A stretch of DNA of 64,000 bases from Octopus vulgaris (taxonomy: Eukaryota), in contig CATOCA020000001.1 of assembly GCA_951406725.2 (NCBI GenBank), positions 5,642,001 to 5,706,000 of the forward strand, in the 5' to 3' direction. The stretch's first letter is position 1. Each line of letters opens with the position of its first letter. Positions 43,076-55,866 of the stretch are shown here, piece by piece. The position numbers and the translations under genes are program-made. The notes beneath the pieces were generated by a model. That model did no database searches and was not told the origin of the DNA. It saw nothing but the letters and a program-made list of their open reading frames with translations.

Positions 43076-44229
43076 AAAACACATTAAATATTCTAACAAT
43101 GTTGCAATTATCTCATTTAATTAACACTTGATGACAGTTTTCTCTTAGCATTGTCTTTCTTTTCTTATAACTGCCAAATCTATGGCATGGCACTGTCCTC
43201 TCATATCTAGAATTCACTAATCAACATTCCTCTCTAATTAAGTAAAACTGCACCCATAAAGATGTCCTTTATATGCATACCCTCCAACCCGCACACAATC
43301 TGTCCCCTAAAAAACATCTCCACAAGCCAAATTCCATACACCCTTCCCCAACATGATCCCTAACAAGATATAAAATGTAATGTGAGGGTACACGATGTTC
43401 CTATGACAAAATATGTTAACATTTAAGATTCAGAGATAGCACACAAGAGACGAGATGGTACAGATATGGGAGGAGTATGGAAGATAAAAGTTAGATAAAA
43501 ATAAAGAAGTGTCAGGAGATCCAAGTAGAAGGGAACAAGACGTTAAACCTGTGGGAGTAGTCAAATTTGAATGCAACAATCAAGTCAGAACTAAAACCAG
43601 AGGTGAAACACTCAGAAAACTGTGCCTCTTTTAGCATTAATATCATCTAAAATGTAACAAGAGTGAGAAAAAGAATGACTATATGGATGGTAAATGTTGT
43701 TCAAACAATGTAATAAGTGTATATTATATATAGTTACAAACAAGGATTTGTGAGATCAAGTCACACAGGGAACTCATATTTTATTCCTATCTTTATATTT
43801 TATGTCAACACCAATGTTTTGTTTAAATTCAAACAGATGTTCACCGTTCAATACCAAATTTAATATTTAATCAACATTAATGATCATTATACTTATACTC
43901 TTAGAGATTTGATTTTTAATCCTTTTAATTTATAACAATGTTATCCTGTGGTTTGTTGCAAGTTCTACCTGGCTGGTTCCCTGTGCCGGGGGAAAGTAAA
44001 AAGCACCATCCGAACGGTGTCAATGCCAGCCCCAACCTCAACTGGCTCCTGTGTCGGTGGCACGTAAAGAGCACCCACCACACTCTCGGAGTGGTTGGCA
44101 TTAGGAATGGCATACATATGTGGAAACCTTGCCAGATCACTTTGGATCCTGGCGCAGCCTACTGCCTCTCCAGTGAAATCGTCCGACCCATGCTACTATA
44201 AAAACGGACGTTAAACGATGATGATGATG

Positions 44230-44278
<49 letters not shown>

Positions 44279-47200
44279 GTTCCATGACCAAATGACAATA
44301 TTAACTCTATTGTGTCTTCTAATTTGAACATTATTACCAACAGCATTAACCTCAATGGGTATTTCATAAATTCTCAGTAAATCGATATCTTTAATTCAAT
44401 TATTATACAGATAATCGTTCAATTGGAAAATAGGAATGGAAGCTGTTTTCAGTTATTCTTTCGAGCACAATATACTCGGGGAAAGAAAACCTTACAGAAA
44501 TCAATTGGGAACTATTATTTTATACTCACCAATTGCCTGAGATGCAGCCCCTAATTCCTGACATATAGCCTCTGTTTGTACACACCTGTCCTCAAACTTT
44601 GGAGCCTCTGAAATAAATATTTCCAAGTTTTACATTTAATAATAAACTTTCTTTATCTTTATTTTTATTAAACTCTATCTTGTTATTGTGAGACATTCAA
44701 TTCCTGTCGTTACTGGTCAACTGTTGACCATTATGGTTTTGGTCAATATTTCTGTACTTTCTACAGTGGTCCCATGTTATAGCCCAATATGAAACAATAA
44801 AACAGACTAACATTTCTATATCCACCCTCACTTCTCACTCCCTCTCTCTCTCTCTCTCTAAAAACACATTAAATATTCTAACAATGTTGCAATTATCTCA
44901 TTTAATTAACACTTGATAAGAGTTTTCTCTTAGCTTTGTCTTTCTTTTCTTATAACTGTGCCAAATCTATGGCATGGCACAGTCCTCTCATCTCTAGAAT
45001 TCACTAATCAACATTCCTCTCTAATTAAGTAAAACTGAGCCCATAAAGACATGTCCTTTATATGCATACCCTCCAACCCGCACACAATCTGTCCCCTAAT
45101 AAACATCTGCACAAGTCAAATTCCATACACCCTTCCCCACCATGATCCCTAACAAGATATAAAATGTAAGGTGAGGGTACACGATGTTCCTATGACAAAA
45201 TAAGTTTACATTTCAGACATACAAATGTAAGAGAGTTAATGAATTATAGCTTATTAATTATCATGATAATTGGGTATATATGTGATACAATGGCACTGTG
45301 CTTGACGGTGCAATACTAGATATCAATATAGATTGTATATAATCTGAGTAAAGAACATATAACCGTCATTACTATGAATATGATTGTGTCTCAGCACAGC
45401 TAATATTATGGTAGTTCCATGAGCAAACGAAGAAAGATATAACCAAGTCCACTGCCAAATACTAATGATTAATTCATTTCCTGGTCAAATAACAATGACT
45501 ATCTTTCATTAAATAATTTGAACGCAACGATGTCAGTGTGCACACAAGGCAGAGTGAAGAGGCCTGAGAGAAGTGTTAGACATAAGAAGCATCAGATGTG
45601 GTGTACAGGAGAGACAACTGCACTGGTATGGTCATGTGTATGGATGAGGAGAGCTGTGGGAAGAAGTGTTACACCCTAACAGTGGAAGGAACCCGTGGAA
45701 AGGAGTGGCCCAGGAAGACAGGGGATGACGTAGTGAAACGACCTTCGAACGTTGGGCCTCACAGAGGTAATGGCAAGAGACAGAGACCTGTAGAAATATG
45801 ATGTAATTAAGAGGACTCGGCAAGTGAAGTGAGATCAGAGCTGTAGCATATACCAGTGGCGCATAACCAGCCCTTTTTAAAAGTACCCTTGAATCACAGA
45901 GTGATAAGTTGCGCTTGAGAAGAATTTCCGAGTCAAGTAAAACCAAAAACCAGAAATCACAAATCAAAATCAAATCAAGATCGAAATCAAAATGCAAATT
46001 GTAATCATGGCTGATGCCAGAGCCGCCTGGCTTCCACCCGTGCCGGTGGCACGTAATAAGTACCATTCAAACATTGTTTGTTGCCAGTGCCGCCTGACTG
46101 GTTCCCTGTGTCGGTGGCACGTAAAAAGCACCCACCATACTCTCGGAGTGGTTGGCGTTAGGAATGGCAAACATATGTGGAAACCTTGCCAGATCACTTT
46201 CGAGACTGGCGCAGCCTACTGCCTTGCCAGTGAAATCATCCAATCCATGCCACCATAAAAAAACGGACGTTAAACGATTGTGATGTTGATGATGATGATT
46301 AGTTCCATGACCAAATGACAAAATTTACTCTATTGTGTCTTCTAATTTGAACATTATTACCAACAGCATTAACCTCAATGGGTATTTCATAAACTCACAG
46401 TAAATCGATATCTTTAATTCAATTATTATACAGATAATTGTTCAATTGGAAAATAGGAATGGAAGCTGTTTTCAGTTATTCTTTCAAGCACAATATACTC
46501 GGGGGAAGAAAACCTTACAGAAATCAATTGGGAACTATTATTTTATACTCACCAATTGCCTGAGATGTAGCCCCTAATTCCTGACATGTAGCCTCTGTTT
46601 GTACACACCTGTCCTCACACTTTGGAGCACCTGAAATAAATATTTCCAAGTTTTACATTTAAAAATAAAATGTCTGTATCTTTATTTTTTTAAACTCTAT
46701 TTTGTTATTGTGAGACATTCAATTCCTGTTGTTACTGGTCAACTGTTGACCATTATGGTTTTGGTCAATATTTCTGTACTTTCTACAGTGGTCCCATGTA
46801 ATAGCCCAATATGTCCACAATAAAACAGGCTAACATTCCTAAATCCACCTCTCTCTCTCTCTCTCTCTCTAAAAACACATTAAATATTCTAACAATGTTG
46901 CAATTATCTCATTTAATTAACACTTGATGACAGTTTTCTCTTAGCATTGTCTTTCTTTTCTTATAACTGTGCCAAATTTATGGCATGGCACAGTCCTCTC
47001 ATATCTAGAATTCACTAATCAACATTCCTCTCTAATTAAGTAAAACTGCACCCATAAAGACATGTCCTTTATATGCATACCCTCCAACCCGCACACAATC
47101 TGTCCCCTAAAAAACATCTCCACAAGCCAAATTCCATACACCCTTTCCCAACATGATCCCTAACAAGATATAAAATGTAAGGTGAGGGTACACGATGTTC

Positions 47201-50200
47201 CTATGACAAAATAAGTTTACATTTCAGACATACAAATGTAAGAGAGTTAATGAATTATAGCTAAATATTTATCTTGATAATTGGGTATATACACTACCGT
47301 CAGAAATTAATTAGCACCCTTGATTTGCTCACCATGAAGCATGGTGGGGGTGGTCTGATGGTGTGAGGAGCGTTCAGCTACAGTTGTGTTGGGTGGCTCT
47401 ATGCCGTCGAAGGCAACATCAACGCAGCAAAGTACGTTGAGATAGTACGGGATACCTCTTTGGTGGCGAGGAGTACGTGCTGGCCAGTCACCTGACCTGA
47501 ACCCTATTGAGAACCTCTGGAGTCGATTGGGTAGGGATTTGAATGTGCAGCAATACAGGAACCGACACGAGCTGTTTGGGGCACTTCTTGCTGCATGAGG
47601 GGCCATCCCTGCACAGTACCTGCAGGCACTCATAGAGAGCATGCCGACCCGCGTAGCAGCTGTCATTGCTGCCAAAGGAGGAGCAACAAGATATTGACTA
47701 AACTTCACGATTAATATCAATTATGTGGTGTGCTGGGATATGTTTTAATAAATTTTTGATTAAAAACGAGTTCGTTTCTGATAATAAGTTAATTAAATTA
47801 AGAAAATGTAAGAAAATGTAGAAATTTGAGAAGTGCTAATTAATTTCCGACGCAAGTGTATGTGATAGAATGGCACTGTGCTTGACGGTGCAATACTAGA
47901 TATCAATATAGATTGTATATAATCTGAGTAAAGAACATATAGCCTTCATTACTATGAATATGATTGTGTCTCAGCACAGCTAATATTATGGTAGTTCCAT
48001 GAGCAAACGAAGAAAGATATAACCAAGTCCACTGCCAAATACTAATGATTAATTCATTTCCTGGTCAAATAACAATGACTATCATTCATTAAATAATTTG
48101 AACGCAACGATGTCAGTGTGCACACAATGCAGAGTGAAGAGGCCTGAGAGAAGTGTTAGACATAAGAAGCATCAGATGTGGTGTACAAGAGAGACAACTG
48201 CACTGGTATGGTCATGTGTATGGATGAGGAGAGCTGTGGGAAGAAGTGTTACACCCTAACAGTGGAAAGAACCCGTGCAAAGGGGTGACCCAGGAAGACA
48301 GGGGATGATGTGGTGAAACGACCTTCGAACGTTGGGCCTCACAGAGGTAATGGCAAGAGACAGAGACCTCTGGAAATATGATGTGATTAAGAGGACTCGG
48401 CAAGTGAAGTCAGATCACAGCTATAGCCTATACCAGTGGTGCATAACCAGCCCTTTTTAAAAGTACCCTTGAATCACAGAGTGATAAGTTGCGCTTGAGA
48501 AGAATTTCCGAGTCAAGTAAAACCAAAAACCAGAAATCACAAATCAAAATCAAATTAAGATCGAAATCAAAATGGAAATTGTAGTTGTGACCGATGCCAG
48601 TGCCGCCTGGCTGGCACCCGTGCCGGTGGCACGTAATAAGTACCATTCAAACATTGTTTGTTGCCAGTGCCGCCTGACTAGTTCCCTGTGCCGTTGGCAC
48701 ATAAAAAGTGCCTTCCGAACGTGGACAATGCCAGCCCCAACTTCAACTGGCTCCTGTGTCGGTGGCACGTAAAAGGCACCCACCACACTCTCGAAGTGGT
48801 TGTCGTTAGGAATGGCATACATATGTGGAAACTTTGCCAGATCACATTGGAGCCTGACGCAGCCAACTGCCTTGCCAGTGAAATCGTCCGACCCATGCCA
48901 CTATAAGAAACGGACGTTAAATGATGATGATGATGATGATGATTATGATGATGATGATTATGATGATGATGATGATGATGATGAGTTCTGTGACCAAATG
49001 ACAAAATTAACTCTATTGTGTCTTCTAATTTGAACATTATTACCAACAGCATTAACCTCAATGGGTATTTCATAAACTCACAGTAAATCGATATCTTTAA
49101 TACAATTATTATACAGATAATCGTTCAATTGGAAAATAGGAATGGAAGCTGTTTTCAGTTATTCTTTCGAGCACAATATACTCGGGGGAAGAAAACCTTA
49201 CAGAAATCAATTGGGAACTATTATTTTATACTCACCAATTGCCTGAGATGCAGCCCCTAATTCCTGACATATAGCCTCTGTTTGTACACACCTGTCTTCA
49301 AACTTTGGAGCCTCTGAAATAAATATTTCCAAGTTTTACATTTAATAATAAAATTTCTTTATCTTTGTTTTTATTAAACTCTATCTTTTTATTGTGAGAC
49401 ATTCAATTCCTGTCGTTACTGGCCAAATGTTGACCATTATGGTTTTGGTCAATATTTCTGTACTTTCTACAGTGGTCCCATGTAATAGCCCAATATGTCC
49501 ACAATAAAACAGACTAACATTCCTAAATCCACCCTATCCCTCTCTCTATCTCTCTCTCTCTAAAAACACATTAAATATTCTAACAATGTTGCAATTATCT
49601 CATTTAATTAACACTTGATGACAGTTTTCTCTTAGCTTTGTCTTTCTTTTCTTATAACTGTGCCAAACCTATGGCATGGCACAGTCCTCTCATCTCTAGA
49701 ATTCACTAATCAACATTCCTCTCTAATTAAGTAAAACTGAGCCCATAAAGACATGTCCTTTATGTGCATACCCTCCACCCCGCACACAATCTGTCCCCAA
49801 ATTCCATACACCCTTCCCCACCATGATCCCTAACAAGATATAAAATGTAAGGTGAGGGTACACGATGTCCCTATGTCTAAATAAGTTTACATTTCATACA
49901 TACAAATGTAAGAGAGTTAATGAATTATAGCTTATTAATTATCATGATAATTGGGTATATATGTGATACAATGGCACTGTGCTTGACGGTGCAATACTAG
50001 ATCTCAATATAGATTGTATATAATCTGAGTAAAGAACATATAGCCTTCATTACAATGAATATGATTGTGTCTCAGCACAGCTAATATTATGGTAGTTCCA
50101 CGAGCAAACGAAGGAAGATATAACCAAGTCCACTGCCAAATACTAATGATTAATTCATTTCCTGGTCAAATAACAATGACTATCTTTCATTAAATAATTT

Positions 50201-51984
50201 GAACGCAACAATCAAGACCAAAGGGTGAAACACTCAGAAAACTGTGCCTCTTTTAGCATTAATATCATCTAAAATCTAACATTTGTGAGAAAAAGAATGA
50301 CTATATGGATGGTAAATGTTGTTCAAACAATGTAATAAGTGTATATTATATATAGTTACAAACAAGGATTTGTGAGATCAAGTCACACAGGGAACTCATA
50401 TTTAATTGCTATCTTTATAATTTATGTCAACACCAATGTTTTGTTTAAATGCAAACAGATGTTCACCGTTCAATACTAAATTTAATATTTAATCAACGTT
50501 AATGATCATTATACTTACAATCTTAGAGATTTGATTTTTAATTTCTTTAATTTATAACAAAGTTATTCTGACCTGAGACATTCAGGGTACGTACCTAAAC
50601 AACATATCCTGACAGACATCTGGCTACATAACAATAACAACAACAATAACCTATGAGAAAACTTTGGAAAGACCTTAGTAGCAAAAGAAACAAAAACTTT
50701 CTCGTTACCTCACCTGTTTACAAATAAACAACAAAATGTTTTAGTTCTCTGTCCTAAAAGACATCATTAACTCTATAATGTCTTCTTATTTAACCATTTT
50801 ACCAACCACGTTAACCTTGATTTTATGAAATTTCAGTGGAATATTTAATAGAATCCTTTTTACAGCTAATGCGGAAACTAGGGATTGACGAGCGATTATA
50901 AGAGTTGAAGAGGCCCTGTAGTAAGGTGAGGATTGGCAATGAGTATAGTGAAGAATTCCGGATAGAAGTAGGAGTTCACTAGGGATCATTCCTAAACCCC
51001 TCGTTTTCATCATAGTCCACCATGCAATAACAGAAATGACAAATCAAAAGCAATTCAAGATCGAAATCAAAATGGAAATTGTAGTTGTGACCGATGCCAG
51101 TGCCGCCTGACTGGCACCTGTTCCTGTGGCACGTTATAAGTACCATAGAAGCATAGGTCCTTGTCACTGCCGCCTGACTAGTTCCCTGTGCCGGTGGCAC
51201 GTAAAAAGCACCATCCGAACGTGGTCGATGCCAGCCCCCACACCGGCTGGCTCCTGTGTCGGTGGCACGTAAAAGGCACCCACCACACTCTCGAAGTGGT
51301 TGGCATTAGGAATGGCATACATATGTGGAAACCTTGCCAGATCACATTGGAGCCTGGCGCAGCCTACTGCCTTGCCAGTGAAATCGTCCGACCCATGCCA
51401 CGATAAGAAACGGATGTTAAAGATGATGATGATGAGTTCTGTGACCAAATGACAAAATTAACTCTATTGTGTCTTCTAATTTGAACATTATTACCAACAG
51501 CATTAACCTCAATGGGTGTTTCATAAACTCTCAGTAAATCGATATCTTTAATTCAATTATTATACAGATAATCGTTCAATTGGAAAATAGGAATGGAAGC
51601 TGTTTTCAGTTATTCTTTCGAGCACAATATACTCGGGGGAAGAAAACCTTACAGAAATCAATTGGGAACTATTATTTTATACTCACCAATTGCCTGAGAT
51701 GCAGCCCCTAATTCCTGACATATAGCCTCTGTTTGTACACACCTGTCTTCAAACTTTGGAGCCTCTGGAATAAATATTTCCAAGTTTTACATTTAATAAT
51801 AAAATTTCTTTATCTTTATTTTTATTAAACTCTATCTTTTTATTGTGAGACATTCAATTCCTGTCGTTAATGGTCAAATGTTGACCACTATGGTTTTGGT
51901 CAATATTTCTGTACTTTCTACAGTGGTCCCATGTAGTAGCTCAATATGTCCACAATAAAACAGACTAACATTTCTAAATCCACC

Positions 51985-52021
<37 letters not shown>

Positions 52022-55000
52022 AAAACACATTAAATATTCTAACAATGTTGCAATTATCTCATTTAATTAACACTTGATGACAGTTTTCTCTTAGCATTGT
52101 CTTTCTTTTCTTATAACTGCCAAATCTATGGCATGGCACTGTCCTCTCATATCTAGAATTCACTAATCAACATTCCTCTCTAATTAAGTAAAACTGCACC
52201 CATAAAGATGTCCTTTATATGCATACCCTCCAACCCGCACACAATCTGTCCCCTAAAAACATCTCCACAAGCCAAATTCCATACACCCTTCCCCAACATG
52301 ATCCCTAACAAGATATAAAATGTAATGTGAGGGTACACGATGTTCCTATGACAAAATAATGTTAACATTTCAGACATACAAATGTAAGAGAGTTAATGAA
52401 TTATAGCTTATTAATTATCATGATAATTGGGTACATATGTGATACAATGGCACTGTGCTTGACGGTGCAATACTAGATATCAATATAGATTGTATATAAT
52501 CTGAGTAAAGAACATATAACCTTCATTACTATGAATATGATTGTGTCTCAGCACAGCTAATATTATGGTAGTTCCATGAGCAAACGAAGAAAGATATAAC
52601 CAATCCACTGCCAAATACTAATGATTAATTCATTTCCTGGTCAAATAACAATGACTATCTTTCATTAAATAATTTGAACGCAACAATCAAGACCAAAGGG
52701 TGAAACACTCAGAAAACTGTGCCTCTTTTAGCATCAATATCATCTAAAATCTAACAAGAGTGAGAAAAAGAATGACTATATGGATGGTAAATGTTGTTCA
52801 AACAATGTAATAAGTGTATATTATATATAGTTACAAAGAAGGATTTGTGTATTCAAGTCAAATTCAATTTCTGATTGTATATTTTGTATAAACACCAATA
52901 ATTTGTTTAAATATAAACAGATGTTCACGGTTCAATATTTAATTTTACATTTAATAAAATTAAGTTCATGATGAATATTCTTATACAGAGTTAACATTTA
53001 ATTATAATTTTCTAATTTGCAACTACAAAATGTATTCTAACCAGAGACATTGAGGGTACACAACCCCAGAAAATACAAAATATTACGACAGACATCTGGC
53101 TACATAACAACATCAAGAATAACCTATCAGAAAACTTACGAAAAATCTTAGTAGAAAAACAAACAACTATTTTATTAACTCACGAGTTTACACCTAAAAA
53201 ACATAAATTATAGTTCCATAGAAGACAATATTAACTCTATTGTGGCTTTTAATTTATCCATTTGACCAAACATGTTAAACATGACTTTATGAAATTTCAG
53301 TAATATTTTTAATACAATTACTTTAGAGCTAAACTTTCAAATGGAAATTAGAAATGGGATCTGTTCTCCACCATTCTAATAAGCAAAATAGCTGAGGTGA
53401 ATGTAAAATCTATAGAAATTCATTAAGATCTCTAATTTTAAACTCATCAACTGTCTCTGCCACAGTCTGCACTCCCTTCTCTTCAAACTTTGGACTCTCT
53501 GAAATATGTGTTTCCAAGTTTTATAGTTATTTATAGCACAATTTCTTCATATTTATTAATAATCTATATTTTATTATTGAGAGACATTCATATCATCAAT
53601 GGCCAACCAGCGATCATAATGCTTTTGGTCAATATTTTTATACTTTCAACCGCGGACCCATGTAATAGCCAATATTTAGCTCCAAAACGAACTCTAGTTG
53701 ATCTTTGTAAATTTCCTCTTTCTGTTAAGATATCCTACATAATCTAACAATGCTGTAATTATATCACTTAATTATCACCTAATAACAGTTAATCTGTAGG
53801 TTTTGGTTTCCTTGCTTATATCTATGCCAAATCTATTGCATTTTCAAAACCCTGATCTTCACTAACAACCTGTTTGATTCCAGTGTCAACAAATTTATTC
53901 ATCAAAGATATAACAACAAACACATGTCACAACCACTTCAAGAAGGAGAAACATACACCTAATCTCTTTGTTAAACATTGTTGCTGATAATCCCTAATTT
54001 TAACTTCACAGTTCACCAGAATGTCATCTCATTCAGGATATATTTGAAGGTTTCATGATCTGGTTGCTTGACAAACAAAACTGTCTCTATTAGCCTTAAT
54101 ACCCACCAATTACAAACATAACAACATGGAATTGTGTGTTAAAGTCTCTCAAACTAGTGACAATAATTTTACTCCTTTAAAATATTCTACTAAATCTAAT
54201 ACTTTACCAAAGATGACACTGATGTCCTTGTAAGTACTGTTGTATTTAATTATCTTCTAATAACTCATAATTATCTTCTAATAACTCATAATTATTTATA
54301 GTGTTGATGGAGATTTATTGATACTTCAGTTACTCACTAATTATCTTGCAGAATCCTCCATTATCTTTATGTTGCAGACTACAACCCTCTTGAAGTGTGA
54401 CATGTTTCCTACTTGGATAAAATCAATGTTTAGTGGATGTAGTGTGAGAGATATACTATTACAGAGAACAGACACTAGGAACACCTTTTATCATAAATCT
54501 GCCAGATTATGGCAGACCTCTGTCTACATAACAACATGAATCATATTATTCTACACAATAAGGGCAATGGGACAAGCAGGACAAACAGACAGATCAGCAA
54601 AGAATATTCTTACCAACTCGACCTCTGCTTGTTACAGGTTTCAAACACCTCAGGCATCGTTTAAGTGCAACGTTTGAACATTCTTCACATGTCAGAAGGT
54701 GTTCACAGGGATGAACTTTTGTTGTGGCCTCTTTATTTCTGCACAACAAACATCTGTGGACAAAACAGAAACATCCAATCAATAACATTCATTTATAATA
54801 AGTATTATATTATTTACATGTTCGGAATAGAGAATATTATAAGATACATCAGTAACTACCAAGAGTAGAGCAGAAACTCTTCTTTAAATATTTACATACA
54901 TACTGCATTTTGTGTAGTTAAATGACGCAGAAACACACACACACACATACAAGTATACACACTCATGCATACATACATTGATGAATGTTTGTCTTGATCC

Positions 55001-55461
55001 TGATACATCATAGAAATTGGTTGACACACAGTGAACTGCATATATTCCAGAAATATATTTCACTTCTAACATCGAACTCAATTCTTCTGAACAAATATAT
55101 CTACACAGGTTTCTTTATAGACACATACTTTATTATATACACCCTGTCTCCACAGATTAGCAGATGAGGTGTCCAGTACTGAGAGTGGCAGGAATAGCCC
55201 GAAACCAGACCTGGTCTGCTGGTTCTGTTGCTATAAGATGGTAGGGTTCGATCCCCTGCTCGCAATTAATCGGATGCACCTTTGCATCGTTAATTAGCTA
55301 GAGGAGGTGTTCTCTTGGGGTTAAACATTCGCACTAGAGTCCATCCGAACAGATACTCATGTTGGCGTGCCTACGAATATTACTTATATATATTTTCGTC
55401 CAGCCCGTGCCATCACGGAAAACGGATGTTAAACGATGATGATGATGATGATGATATATCT

Positions 55462-55495
<34 letters not shown>

Positions 55496-55785
55496 GAGGC
55501 ACAATGGCCCAGTGGTTAGGGCAACGGACTCGCGGTTGTAGGATCACGGTTTCGATTCCCAGACTGGGCGTTGTGAGTGTTTATTGAGCGAAAACACCTA
55601 AAAGCTCCACGAGGCTCCAGCAGGGGGTGGTGATCCCTGCTGTACTCTTTCACCACTCTTTCTTCTGTTGGCCTGCTCGCTTAGCCAGTGGGGTGGCGTC
55701 ATTCGAAGGCTAAAACAATGCGAACGCATTGTGACCGGCGATGTGTAACTACATCTGATGGACTGGTCGGTCACGTGATCACGTG

Positions 55786-55866
<81 letters not shown>

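Larger units (their letters stand above)
41105..52850. repeat. Recent tandem segmental duplications (five units of ~1.8-2.7 kb), each carrying one 78-nt micro-exon
   Basis: ~41270-43410 is near-identical to ~50220-52360, and 43425-43940 re-copies 41105-41620. Older diverged units lie at ~33600-39110 and ~52850-54540. Confidence 0.92.
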
